Source: Candidatus Cloacimonadales bacterium (lineage in GTDB: Bacteria; Cloacimonadota; Cloacimonadia; Cloacimonadales; JAIOQZ01). From it: a stretch of 64,000 bases of DNA. This document shows, piece after piece, positions 1 to 9,533 of the stretch. Made by a program: the position numbers and the translations under genes. The notes below the pieces were generated by a model that worked only from the letters and a program-made list of their open reading frames with translations, was not told the origin of the DNA and searched no databases. Positions within the stretch are counted from its first letter, which is position 1, and every line of letters starts with the position of its first letter. The stretch covers positions 3,680,001 through 3,744,000 of the forward strand of contig OY771587.1 of NCBI GenBank assembly GCA_963674825.1. The letters run 5' to 3'.

Positions 1-297
1 ATCCAGACTCTTTGCTTTCATCGAGTAATCCGATTCCATACCAGTCATGATAATGATGGGAATATGGTTTGTCTTGGGATCAAGCTTGAGTGTCTTGCAT
101 ATATCGTACCCACCGATTCTGGGCATTACCAGATCCAACAATAACACAGCCGGGTCGATGCTCCGCGCGAGTTCGAGTCCCTGCAATCCATCGACAGTCA
201 GGATCACCTCGTGTTGTGGTAGATACTGTTCGATAATATCTTTGAGGGTATGCAGAAAATTATAATCGTCATCGATAGCAAGTATCTTCATTGGCAT
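1..297 (-). CDS. Response regulator receiver-domain protein (runs off the window edge)
   Basis: Own translation from ATG 297: MPMKILAIDDDYNF...LLLDLVMPRIGGYDICKTLKLDPKTNHIPIIIMTG. Shows the acidic DDD pocket, D-x-x-M-P phosphoacceptor motif and conserved Thr; open to position 1. Confidence 0.9.
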   Translation of the reverse strand, partial: MPMKILAIDDDYNFLHTLKDIIEQYLPQHEVILTVDGLQGLELARSIDPAVLLLDLVMPRIGGYDICKTLKLDPKTNHIPIIIMTGMESDYSMKAKSLD

Positions 298-403
298 ACC
301 TCTCGTATGTTGTTTTGATACGGTATTATGTGCTGATGCACATCGTCTGTCAAGATAATCGTAACGGAAAGAAGAAAAAAACTAAGAGCCATTAATGAGA
401 GAG

Positions 404-432
404 GCACGCCCATCATTATTGGATGAGCGTGC
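404..432 (-). terminator. Hairpin, possible terminator after the 455-658 gene
   Basis: Minus-strand stem GCACGCTCATC-N7-GATGGGCGTGC; the T-run lies about 20 nt further on. Confidence 0.45.
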
Positions 433-454
433 ACAGGTTTATGAATTTAATGAT

Positions 455-658
455 TTACCTTGTTGTGTAAAACAGCTCTATTTGACGCGTGATATCCTTC
501 AGTGTTTTGTTGGCATCTGTTGTATCGATCGTCCGTTTATCACCATTATCGAAAACTAGCACAACGTTTCCGAGGCTCTTGAAAATTTCGCGGATCTTCG
601 GAACCACGATCATCGCCATTCCCTTTCCTTCTTCCGGCAGTTCCAGTATCGATTTCAT
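455..658 (-). CDS. Small hypothetical protein (67 aa)
   Basis: Strong AAGGAGG RBS before ATG 658 (MKSILELPEEG...); followed by a hairpin. Confidence 0.6.
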   Translation of the reverse strand: MKSILELPEEGKGMAMIVVPKIREIFKSLGNVVLVFDNGDKRTIDTTDANKTLKDITRQIELFYTTR

Positions 659-721
659 TTCGTTCCTCCTTTTTCGTGACAATATTTCTGAGCAGCGTAT
701 CTGTCAAATGTTTCGCTTCCA

Positions 722-1714
722 TCACTGAGTGACCAAGTGCCCATTTGTATCATAATCCAATACGACGGCACGTATTACATGAATGCCATCACTACTGAAA
801 TCAATCCAACTTTCGGAGCTCATCTTGTAACATTCTGTTGTATCCAGATTGAAGATATTACTGCCGCAGGAAAGGTATTTGCCATTGGGGCTGACAATCA
901 TGCGTGATGTTGTCCAGCTATCAAGGTTGAGGTAGGTCAGATGCGGGGATTCCAGATCATAGAGAATGATATAATCGCTTGAATGGATTGCAATAACATT
1001 GCGTTGTTCTATGTACGAAAGTTGGTAAGGATATTCGCACTGAAACAGTGTGTAGCATTGTACATTGTCGAGATTTGCTTTGCAGACCGATCCTGTCAGA
1101 GAAACAGCGTATTCCTTAAAGATGAAATAGATATTATCATCCTGACCATATGCGACATCCTGAAAGTAAGCCTCATCATTATCGATCTCGCACAGCACAT
1201 CGGTTTCACCAGATACAATATGACGGTTGACGAGTTGACTGATATGGTCTTCCAGATTTATTCTCGTATAAGCAATCCGATCTCCTGACGGTGAGAATAC
1301 GAAATGCTTTATCAACGATTCACCCTGTGTAATTTGCGTCAGATTACTCGTCGCAATATCGAAAAGACAGAGGTTGCCATTATAGACGAAAGCCAGACGG
1401 GTTTTATCTGATGATATCGCAATATCCTCGTCATCGACATCATACGTCTGTGGATCCAGCAGTGTTCTTCTTACCGAACCATCAAGATTCAGCAAAACGA
1501 AGCCATTAAGGATACATTCCTGCTCGGGATTATCTGGATCGGGGATGAAGTATGCACTGCCAAAGCGCTCACAGATGTATTCTGTCTCTGTTCCATCGAT
1601 GTTTGATATTGCCAAGAAATGGTGTTCATATGTGTAATATTCATCATCTTCCCAACACGACATCAGCAACAACGCAATACAGATCAAGGCCAACAGGAAT
1701 CCAATATATCTCAT
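722..1714 (-). CDS. Lipoprotein with TolB/PD40-like beta-propeller
   Basis: Lipobox LLMSC; repeats ISSDKTRLAF, FSPSGDRIAY, VSPNGKYL, FSSDG. Confidence 0.75.
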   Translation of the reverse strand: MRYIGFLLALICIALLLMSCWEDDEYYTYEHHFLAISNIDGTETEYICERFGSAYFIPDPDNPEQECILNGFVLLNLDGSVRRTLLDPQTYDVDDEDIAISSDKTRLAFVYNGNLCLFDIATSNLTQITQGESLIKHFVFSPSGDRIAYTRINLEDHISQLVNRHIVSGETDVLCEIDNDEAYFQDVAYGQDDNIYFIFKEYAVSLTGSVCKANLDNVQCYTLFQCEYPYQLSYIEQRNVIAIHSSDYIILYDLESPHLTYLNLDSWTTSRMIVSPNGKYLSCGSNIFNLDTTECYKMSSESWIDFSSDGIHVIRAVVLDYDTNGHLVTQ

Positions 1715-1770
1715 ACCTACTCCAAGAAAGATATGAAAATATCCTTATGAAGATTGCGAAGAATGTCAAT

Positions 1771-1800
1771 AAAAAAAACCGGCGGATTACTCCGCCGGCT
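1771..1800 (-). terminator. Rho-independent terminator
   Basis: CCGGCGGA-GTAA-TCCGCCGG followed by T8 on the minus strand, just after the 1824 stop. Confidence 0.85.
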
Positions 1801-1823
1801 GCTTCTTGCAAGTCAAGTCTATG

Positions 1824-3152
1824 TTATTTTAGAAGCATCATCTTACGAGTGAAAGTCTGATCATCCACGGTAAGCTGGTAGAAATAGATACCGCTGGGCT
1901 GGTCGTTTGCTGACCAAACAGTGGAGTGATTTCCACCGGTACGCTGTTGGTGGTTGATCAGCGTGTTGATGAGCTGACCCTTGAGGTTGTAGATCTTCAG
2001 AGTGACTTCGCCATCGTTCGCGATGTAGAAGTTGATCGTGGTTTCCGGGTTGAACGGATTCGGTGTGTTCTGCTGAAGGCTTGTTACCGGGCTTGCGTCC
2101 GGAACGCTGCTTCCACCTTCCTCACCTTCTTCAACTGTCACTGTCTGCGGACCGTAGAACGTCGATGCTCCACCGAGTTCTTTCGCTTCCAGCCAGTAGT
2201 AGTAGGTCGCGTCCATCTGGGTGTCTTCATCGGTGTATTCGTAGGTCTGCTGAGCAGTCATGTTGTTCGCCTGAACGAATCCAAGGTCAAACGCTTCGTT
2301 GAGGTTTTCGCTTTCGCTGCGAAGAACCTGGTAGCCGAGCATGTCGGATTCAGATTCGGTAACCCAGGAAAGGAGAACATTGTCGTTCGAGGTGAGAACA
2401 GCATCGAAGGTCGAGAGCTCGACCGGCAGCGAATGCTCGACGCCATTCGGTGAGAACTCGTCACACGGCATGTAACCGGGGACATGCGGTTCATAGAACT
2501 GATATGCCCAGGGAGATTCCGGATCTATACCAACCGGATTCTCTGAAGGCCAGCTTGCGAGTACTTCCATATCGTTGGCAAATTCTTCTGTGATCCATAC
2601 ACGGATTGTTACGAAAAACGGATTTCCAATGTAAGACCATGGAATAAATAATTCATCATCTTCATTTCCGGTTGATGTACCGTAAACTCCCAAATCATTA
2701 AACCAGCCATTCCAATCCCAGCCGGTTCCATTCCAATGATTCCATTCTCCCCAATTCGGGCCGCCTGCAAAACAGAACGTATATTCAGGCTGATAGCTGC
2801 CGGTAGCCCATGTTACGGTCTGGTAACCATCCTGCGTTGCACCGGATCCAGGGATCTGGTCTGTGTCGATGGCAACAAAGAGACTCAAATTTTCAGCATT
2901 ATCGCCAAGGAAACGGTTGTCCCCATCTGCCACCGAGCGGTTGATACCGATGTAAAGGTAGGTCTCATCCCAAGTGATATACAGGTCATAATTCGCATTG
3001 TCGAATGTCTCTCGCTCCATGTTCTCGTCCGATTCCCAATCGAATCCGGTATCCTTAAGAATGAGCCCATTGATGGTTGGTGAATTAAGCGTGGTAGCCA
3101 TCATCATGCCGAAGACGGCCAGTAATGAAAACAGAATCAATCCTTTTTTCAT
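1824..3152 (-). CDS. Secreted protein with DOMON/CBM9-like N-domain and T9SS-type (FlgD-like) C-terminal domain
   Basis: Signal peptide; DLYITWDETYLYIG motif; LPVELSTF linker; C-terminus QNTPNPFNPET...SGIYFYQL...KMMLLK. Confidence 0.75.
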   Translation of the reverse strand: MKKGLILFSLLAVFGMMMATTLNSPTINGLILKDTGFDWESDENMERETFDNANYDLYITWDETYLYIGINRSVADGDNRFLGDNAENLSLFVAIDTDQIPGSGATQDGYQTVTWATGSYQPEYTFCFAGGPNWGEWNHWNGTGWDWNGWFNDLGVYGTSTGNEDDELFIPWSYIGNPFFVTIRVWITEEFANDMEVLASWPSENPVGIDPESPWAYQFYEPHVPGYMPCDEFSPNGVEHSLPVELSTFDAVLTSNDNVLLSWVTESESDMLGYQVLRSESENLNEAFDLGFVQANNMTAQQTYEYTDEDTQMDATYYYWLEAKELGGASTFYGPQTVTVEEGEEGGSSVPDASPVTSLQQNTPNPFNPETTINFYIANDGEVTLKIYNLKGQLINTLINHQQRTGGNHSTVWSANDQPSGIYFYQLTVDDQTFTRKMMLLK

Positions 3153-3312
3153 GATTCCTCCTTATATTTTCAGATATCGTCATCAGAGTATAATTCAATC
3201 AAATGTTTACCGTTGAAATTAGTGTTGTCAATCTTTTTTTGATTTTCACGCGATTTTCATTCTCCGTCTGTTGCGGATTCAGCAATTCCCCAAAAAAAAT
3301 CCCAACTTCTCA

Positions 3313-3337
3313 CCCTTCGATACCGCTCAGGGTGACA
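3313..3337 (-). repeat. TGTC/CGTC-tagged REP-like palindrome, single copy
   Basis: Reverse complement TGTCACCCTGAGCGGTATCGAAGGG; compensatory CCCT/AGGG versus TCCT/AGGA in the other copies. Confidence 0.75.
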
Positions 3338-3370
3338 TGAAGCTGGGATTAATACAATTCTTCTATTATC

Positions 3371-4666
3371 TTACGGTTGAATGCGATAGATCATACGCGG
3401 GAACGGGATCGCTTCGCGGATATGATGCACGCCACCCATCCACGCGGTCAAACGCTCAAGGCCGATGCCGAAACCACTGTGCGGAACCGAACCGTATTTG
3501 CGTGTATCGAGGTACCATTCGAACGACTCGCGCGGGAGGTTCTCGTGCTCGATCCTGCCAAGCAGCACATCGTAATCATCCTCACGCTGCGAGCCACCGA
3601 TAATCTCACCGAATCCCTGCGGTGCAATAAGATCCGCACCCAGTACCAGGTCGGGGTTTTCAGGGTCGCGTTTCATGTAGAATGCTTTAATATCTTTGGG
3701 CCACTTTTCGATAAACACCGGCACATCGGAATCCTCGGTAATCATCGCTTCTTCAGCAGCGCCGAAATCGCTGTCGTATTCCACGTCCGCGCCTTTCGAC
3801 CTAAGAAGGTCAATCGCCTCCCGGTGCGTTATAATCCTGAACGGCGCATCGGCTCGCTTGAGTTCTTCGATATCGCGCTCGAGAATTTCCAGCTCGTTCG
3901 CGTATTTCTCGACGGCTGTGCGGATCACGTGTCGAATCAGACCTTCCTGGATCGCCATGTTTTCCTCGTGCTCGACGAACGCCGCTTCAGCATCCATCAT
4001 CCAGAACTCGGTCAGGTGCTTGCGCGTCTTGGATTTCTCAGCTCGGAACACGGGACCGAAATCGTACACGCGACCAAAGCTGAGGATCGCCGGCTCCAGA
4101 TAGAGCTGGCCAGACTGCGACAGATAGGCGTTGCCCAGATCGAAGTAAGGAACCTCGAACAGGGTCGTGGTGCCTTCGCAGGCGTTGGGTGTCAGGATGG
4201 GTGAATCAAACCGGATAAATTCATTATCGTGCAGGTATTCGCAGATGGCATTGTAAACGCCGTGACGAAGCCTGAGAAGCGCCCATTGCTTGCTACTTCT
4301 GAGCCACAGATGGCGGTTCGAGAGCAGAAAATCTGGTCCGTGCTCTTTCTTGCCGATGGGGTATTCTTCAGCGATTTGAACCGGCTCGACACCAGTCACA
4401 TCCAGTTCATAAACGCCGGGCTGTTTGGGGTGTTCTTTCGGCACTCCCGTAATGATAACCGACGATTCGATGGTGAGCTTCTTCGCAGTTTCGAAGATCT
4501 CTTCGCCCAGTGCTGGTTTGAACGCGACAGCCTGAATTTCGCCGGTTCCGTCACGCAGGATGATGAAAATCAGTTTGCCGCTGGAACGGTAGTTCCGCAC
4601 CCAGCCCTTGAGCCTGACTTCCTCACCAACGTGGTCCTTTATATATTTAATGAAAACGTCTTTCAT
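3371..4666 (-). CDS. asnS: Asparaginyl-tRNA synthetase
   Basis: OB-fold LKGWVRN; YLSQSGQLY; FRAEKSKTRKHLTEFWM; EIIGGSQRE; PHSGFGIGLER. Confidence 0.95.
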   Translation of the reverse strand: MKDVFIKYIKDHVGEEVRLKGWVRNYRSSGKLIFIILRDGTGEIQAVAFKPALGEEIFETAKKLTIESSVIITGVPKEHPKQPGVYELDVTGVEPVQIAEEYPIGKKEHGPDFLLSNRHLWLRSSKQWALLRLRHGVYNAICEYLHDNEFIRFDSPILTPNACEGTTTLFEVPYFDLGNAYLSQSGQLYLEPAILSFGRVYDFGPVFRAEKSKTRKHLTEFWMMDAEAAFVEHEENMAIQEGLIRHVIRTAVEKYANELEILERDIEELKRADAPFRIITHREAIDLLRSKGADVEYDSDFGAAEEAMITEDSDVPVFIEKWPKDIKAFYMKRDPENPDLVLGADLIAPQGFGEIIGGSQREDDYDVLLGRIEHENLPRESFEWYLDTRKYGSVPHSGFGIGLERLTAWMGGVHHIREAIPFPRMIYRIQP

Positions 4667-4682
4667 TGATGCTCCTTGTATC

Positions 4683-5675
4683 TTAAAGCTTGATATCGGG
4701 TGTATTCTCTTTGATCCTTTTCATGATCTCGAAGGCAATCCGAAGCGCTCTTGTCCCAGCTTTACCATCCACGATCGGTGTTTTGTTTTTCGCGATCGCG
4801 TGGACGAAAGCTTCCAGCTCGTAGGTGAGCGCATCTTTGGGATGATTGTTCGAATCAATTGCCTTGATATCGACCAGGTCCTCGGGATTGAAGTCCGTCT
4901 TTCCCGCCATGATCTTGGGCAGAACCTTGATCAGCTTGGGCGACTTCTTGAGGACATTCACCGTTTTCTCCTTGAAATCCATGGATATATAGGCATTTCG
5001 CTGGAAAAGACGAATCTTTCGTTCCTGCTTCTGTGAGACGCGCGAGGAGGTCACGTTTGCAATTGCACCGTTCTCAAACTCCAGTCGCGCATTGGCGATA
5101 TCGATCGATTTTGTCAGGATGCTCACGCCACTGGCGCGGATATCGCGAATCTTGCTATGTACGAAAGACAGGATCAGATCAATGTCGTGAATCATCAGGT
5201 CCAGAACCACCGGGACGTCGCTGCCGCGCGGATTGAACGGCGCTAGTCGATGCGACTCGATGAACATGGGATCTTTGATCTGATCGAATGCGTCCAGAAC
5301 TACCGGATTGAAGCGCTCGATGTGCCCCACCTGCAGCTTGAGTTTCTTCTTCTCAGCAAGTTCAACCAACTCTTCTGCCTGGTGCAGTTCGGAGGTGATG
5401 GGCTTCTCCACAAAGATGTGCTTTCCGGCGTCCAGCGCTGCTTTGGCTATATCGTAGTGATACGTCGTCGTAACCGCGATATCCACAGCATCCACTGCCT
5501 CGAAAAGCGCTTCTTTCGTCTCGAATACCGGTACGCCAAGCTGCTCGCCGATCTCTTTCGCCCGGTTCGCGTCCTGGTCGTAGATACCCATCATCTGACT
5601 GCCTTCGATCTGATTCAATACTCTGGCGTGGTGTCTCCCAAGGTGCCCAACGCCTATAACTCCCGTCTTTACCAT
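4683..5675 (-). CDS. Gfo/Idh/MocA family oxidoreductase
   Basis: GVIGVGHLG; EKPI; VGHIERFNP; DLMIHDID. Start reassigned to ATG 5675 after AAGGAGA. Confidence 0.9.
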   Translation of the reverse strand: MVKTGVIGVGHLGRHHARVLNQIEGSQMMGIYDQDANRAKEIGEQLGVPVFETKEALFEAVDAVDIAVTTTYHYDIAKAALDAGKHIFVEKPITSELHQAEELVELAEKKKLKLQVGHIERFNPVVLDAFDQIKDPMFIESHRLAPFNPRGSDVPVVLDLMIHDIDLILSFVHSKIRDIRASGVSILTKSIDIANARLEFENGAIANVTSSRVSQKQERKIRLFQRNAYISMDFKEKTVNVLKKSPKLIKVLPKIMAGKTDFNPEDLVDIKAIDSNNHPKDALTYELEAFVHAIAKNKTPIVDGKAGTRALRIAFEIMKRIKENTPDIKL

Positions 5676-5890
5676 GATTGATCTCCTTTCCGTTGATCCG
5701 TGAATCGATACAGTTTCGGAGCCCTCTTCGGATGTCAAGCAAAGAAATCGATAACCACGTTCGACAGATTCGTTCGATCGCGCGGCTGTGTGGTGTTCCG
5801 CACGTTAATATTTGTGTACGGTAGTCAGAAACGTGCGGTATATCCACACGAGCAGTGGGATCGGACGAAGATGACAACGGGAGCCATAAG

Positions 5891-6334
5891 TTAAATCCTC
5901 TCCAGCACCTTCCTTATAGCTACGGGCAATGCCTTCTCAACCCCCGGAGTGAACTGCTCCGAGAATGTGTCGATGTCCTTGACTTCAATGGCGATGATGA
6001 CAAGCTCTTGCGGCAATATCGCGCCGTGCTTCTGCATCAGGTCAAAGGCTTCAAAGAGCCCCATATCGTGCGGTGACGAGTAGTGACTGGCGTTGCGGAA
6101 TTGCTCGGGACTCAGCTCAAACACACTTCCCACCGGCTGCAGGCCCGTGATGATGGAGTCAATGAGGATTACGCGGTCGTAACCGAGCATCTCATCGACT
6201 ACGCGAAATCCAGCCGCGCTGGCTTCCAGCACGTCCAGATCAGGAAGCTGCCTTTTGATCTCACGCGCAACATGCACGCCGATTCCGTCATCGGAAAGAA
6301 TAGGGTTACCGAGTCCAAGTATGAGTGTTTTCAT
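5891..6334 (-). CDS. [NiFe]-hydrogenase maturation protease (HyaD/HybD/HycI family)
   Basis: GLGNPILSDDGIG; IDSI; SSPH; directly downstream of the hydrogenase large subunit. Confidence 0.92.
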   Translation of the reverse strand: MKTLILGLGNPILSDDGIGVHVAREIKRQLPDLDVLEASAAGFRVVDEMLGYDRVILIDSIITGLQPVGSVFELSPEQFRNASHYSSPHDMGLFEAFDLMQKHGAILPQELVIIAIEVKDIDTFSEQFTPGVEKALPVAIRKVLERI

Positions 6335-6347
6335 TTTCTTTCTTCAT

Positions 6348-6444
6348 GGAACGCGGACGTCCTTGTCCGCATTCTCCACTTTTTAGCATATGCAGCGTTA
6401 CAAGTGTTATAAGACATAGATGCGGACGAGGACGTCCGCGTTCC
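6348..6444. repeat. Inverted pair of GGAACGC-type REP-like palindromes
   Basis: GGAACGCGGACGTCCTTGTCCGC (6348-6370) and the reverse copy GCGGACGAGGACGTCCGCGTTCC (6422-6444). Confidence 0.8.
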
Positions 6445-6452
6445 CAGGGGAA

Positions 6453-7913
6453 CTAATCCCTCTTCAACTGCCTTACAATATCTCCAGAAACGTCATGGAC
6501 GTTCACTACCAGCGGCATCTTGCCAGGCAGCGAGTGAGTCGCACAGGCCATGCATGGATCGTATGGACGGAAGGCCATTTCGACCATGTTGAGCAGTTCG
6601 TCGTTGACTACCCCATCGCGGATAAGCTTCTTCGCGGCCTTCGCGATCGACATCGACATCGCTGCGGAGTTGTTCACTGTCGCAACAATCAGGTTCGCTG
6701 CCACGATGATGCCTTTGGGATCCGTCTTGTAGTGATGGATCAACGTTCCGCGCGCAGCCTCCACGATGCCGACACCTTCCGTCGGCGTCTCGGAGGGGAG
6801 ATTGCGGATGTCGGGCGAGGTAATGGCTGGATCGCTCAGGAGTCGCACCATATCCTCGGCAGATTGCATCACTTCCACCAGCCGTGCCCAGTGAAACGCC
6901 AGCGTGAAGTGACTCGGTTTCCCGTCAAGTGTGTCGTACATGCGCTCATATTCTGACTGCGCAAGTGGAGTCGCCATGCCGTCGGAGGCGTTGAGCCTGG
7001 CAAGCGGCGCTACACGATAGACGCTGCTTTCCTTGCCGTCGTTGAATCCCTGCCAGCCGATCTTTTTGAGGAATGGAAACTTCATGTAGCTCCAAGGTTC
7101 CACGTGTTCCGCGATGTGATCGAGGTATTCGTTCGGTGTGAATCGCGCGAATTCCTTTCCTTCCGGATCGACAACCCTCACGTCGCCATCGTAGAAATTT
7201 ACCTTGTTATTCTGGTCGACCAGACCCATATAATAGGTCTCGTGCTTGTAGATATCACCTACAATCAGATCGACATACGCCTTGTTTTTCAGAACGATAT
7301 CCTCAAAGATCTTCAGCGTGAACTTCGTGAATTCCACTGCCTCCTGAGCTATTTTGAGGAATTCCAGGCGCTTCTCTTCGGTCAGAGGTTTCGAGACACC
7401 TCCGGGAAGCCCCCCAACCGGATGAATGATGCGTCCGAACAGATGCTGCACCATGTCGCGCACCCTTCTGCGGATGGAAATAACCTGTCCCCCGATTTCA
7501 ACGCCGACCTTGCCGATCACGCCCAAAATGTTGCGTTCGGCCTTCGGAGCACCCGGCGTCACGACGAAGTCGGGCCCGCCCAGGAAGAAGAAGTGCAGCA
7601 GATGATCCTCGAAAATGTAGGCGTTGTAAACCAGGTTTCGCAGCATTCGAGCTGTGTCGGTCGGCTTGAGGTTATAGACGGCATCGGCAGCCTTTGTGGA
7701 AGCCATGTGGTGCGCCATCGGGCATACGCCGCATATTCTAGGTGTGATGCGCGGCATCTCCTCGACGGGACGCCCCACGCAGAACTGCTCGAAACCTTTC
7801 AACTCCGGGATTTGCAGGTAAGCGTTGCTGACATTTCCGCTATCGTCGAGAAAAATCTCTATCTTGCCGTGTCCTTCAAGCCTTGTGATGGGGTCGATGG
7901 TAACGGTTTTCAT
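6453..7913 (-). CDS. mvhA: Hdr-linked [NiFe]-hydrogenase large subunit (group 3c-like)
   Basis: DPITRLEGHG; L1 RICGVC; L2 RPYDPCMACATH with a cleavable C-terminal extension; EAARGTLIHHY. Confidence 0.92.
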   Translation of the reverse strand: MKTVTIDPITRLEGHGKIEIFLDDSGNVSNAYLQIPELKGFEQFCVGRPVEEMPRITPRICGVCPMAHHMASTKAADAVYNLKPTDTARMLRNLVYNAYIFEDHLLHFFFLGGPDFVVTPGAPKAERNILGVIGKVGVEIGGQVISIRRRVRDMVQHLFGRIIHPVGGLPGGVSKPLTEEKRLEFLKIAQEAVEFTKFTLKIFEDIVLKNKAYVDLIVGDIYKHETYYMGLVDQNNKVNFYDGDVRVVDPEGKEFARFTPNEYLDHIAEHVEPWSYMKFPFLKKIGWQGFNDGKESSVYRVAPLARLNASDGMATPLAQSEYERMYDTLDGKPSHFTLAFHWARLVEVMQSAEDMVRLLSDPAITSPDIRNLPSETPTEGVGIVEAARGTLIHHYKTDPKGIIVAANLIVATVNNSAAMSMSIAKAAKKLIRDGVVNDELLNMVEMAFRPYDPCMACATHSLPGKMPLVVNVHDVSGDIVRQLKRD

Positions 7914-7916
7914 AAT

Positions 7917-8930
7917 CTATTGCTCCTTGTTGCGTTGCGGCATGGTTCTTCGGCCCAGTAGCGACTTTGCCAGGGAGAATCGATAGAATAGTCCTGCCGG
8001 ATCGACGATGCTATCCATAAGCCTTTTCGTCATCGCCTCCGGAATCTCCTCTTCCCCATCCAGCCCAGCGATAGAGCCAATGGCAGAGATCATTTTCGCG
8101 CCTACATCGATCACGCCGTCGATCGGTCCATAGCAGCCGCGACAGGGCATGTTCGCCTTGATGCAGCGTCCTTCTCCGTCATCACCGCAACCGGAACGCG
8201 TCACGGGGCCCATGCAGATTACGCCTTGGGTCAGGAAGCATTTCTCTGGATCGAGCATCACCTCGGAAACACGTTTAAACTCCTTGATGGAGAGCTTTTC
8301 CGGCTTGGTGTCGTTTCGCGGACAGGTATCGCAAAGCGCTTTACTTGGCCCGAGGACGGAACCCTTGGCCGGTAGCTCGCCGCGCAGGATAGTCATAATT
8401 GCGTTCAACGTCAGGTGTGGTGCGGGAGAGCATCCGGGGAGGTAGTAGTCCACCTCGATCACCTGATCGGTCGCCTTGACATCGTCGTGGAATCCGGGCA
8501 GTGTCAGCTTGCCTTCGGGGACTTCGCATTCCTTCAGAGGAATGGTGTTCTGTGGGTTGTCAATGGATGGGCATTTATCGAGATAGGAACTGCGGAAGAT
8601 GGTTTCCCGATCCCAGAAATTGCCCAGTCCCGGAATGCCACCGATCTGCGAACAGGCACCGAACGAGACGATCAGTTGCGCCTTCTGACGTAAGAGCTTC
8701 GCCATGTGCTCCTGCTCATCCGTGCGGATCGCTCCGTTGATGAAGCAGACCGCCATTTCGCCGTCCTTCATGTTCTCCACATCAGAGTATTTGAAGTCCA
8801 TGGCGCAGGGCCAGAAGACAATATCGACCTTCTCCACCACGTCCAGAATCTTCTCGTGCAGGTCAACGATCGCTTCCTCGCAACCACCGCAGGAAGCGCA
8901 CCAGTAAAAACCGATTTTCGGTTTATTCAT
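7917..8930 (-). CDS. mvhG: [NiFe]-hydrogenase small subunit
   Basis: CASCGGC; FGAC; LPGCSP; C-terminal CF..QG..CMGP...CRGC. Start at ATG 8930 after GGAGG. Confidence 0.9.
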   Translation of the reverse strand: MNKPKIGFYWCASCGGCEEAIVDLHEKILDVVEKVDIVFWPCAMDFKYSDVENMKDGEMAVCFINGAIRTDEQEHMAKLLRQKAQLIVSFGACSQIGGIPGLGNFWDRETIFRSSYLDKCPSIDNPQNTIPLKECEVPEGKLTLPGFHDDVKATDQVIEVDYYLPGCSPAPHLTLNAIMTILRGELPAKGSVLGPSKALCDTCPRNDTKPEKLSIKEFKRVSEVMLDPEKCFLTQGVICMGPVTRSGCGDDGEGRCIKANMPCRGCYGPIDGVIDVGAKMISAIGSIAGLDGEEEIPEAMTKRLMDSIVDPAGLFYRFSLAKSLLGRRTMPQRNKEQ

Positions 8931-8960
8931 CCAATCCTCCATGGTTCACATTGAAGTTGG

Positions 8961-9383
8961 CTATTCCAGCTCGATTCCAACCTTGGGAAGCGGACCGAGC
9001 CGACGTATTCTTTCTGTAAAATCATTCATCGCGGTTTGGAACTTCTTGCCCTCACTCGCAGAGATCCACTCCAGGTGAAAGCGCTCGGGATCGATACCGA
9101 ACTGCTCCAGCGTTCGCTTGAGCAACATGCTCTTGCGCAAGGTTTTGTAGTTGCCGGACTGATAGTGGCAATCGCCCGGATGGCAGCCGCCGATGAACAC
9201 GCCGTCACAGCCTTCCTTGAATGCCATGAGGATGTGCTGCGGATCCACGCGTGACGAGCATAGCGTCTTGATCGCGATCCCGTTGGGTGGATACTTTAAC
9301 CGGGATGTACCGGCAAGATCAGCACCGGCGTAGGTACACCACTGGCAGAGAAAACAGACGATTTTCGGTTCAAATTTTTCCAT
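8961..9383 (-). CDS. mvhD: [2Fe-2S] hydrogenase delta subunit
   Basis: FLCQWCTYAGADLAG; CSSRVDP; GCHPGDCHY; EWISASEG. Start at ATG 9383; the ORF-track extension runs through a REP element. Confidence 0.92.
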   Translation of the reverse strand: MEKFEPKIVCFLCQWCTYAGADLAGTSRLKYPPNGIAIKTLCSSRVDPQHILMAFKEGCDGVFIGGCHPGDCHYQSGNYKTLRKSMLLKRTLEQFGIDPERFHLEWISASEGKKFQTAMNDFTERIRRLGPLPKVGIELE

Positions 9384-9416
9384 ATTGCACCCTTTTACGC
9401 TGTTCTTCCGTTTGCG

Positions 9417-9517
9417 CGTCATCCTGAGCGGAGTTGAAGGAGACAGGCAAACATTCAATATTATAGAGACTTGTTTGTCGAACTTCTTGTGATCCTTCGA
9501 CTCCACTCAGGATGACA
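9417..9517. repeat. Inverted pair of CGTC-type REP-like palindromes between hdrA and mvhD
   Basis: CGTCATCCTGAGCGGAGTTGAAGGA (9417-9441) and TCCTTCGACTCCACTCAGGATGACA (9493-9517). Confidence 0.85.
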
Positions 9518-9533
9518 CAAGAAGCCGCAAATT

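Noticed and set aside
9384..9506. N-terminal extension of MvhD in the ORF track
   Set aside because: It is translation through the REP pair; homology starts at ATG 9383.
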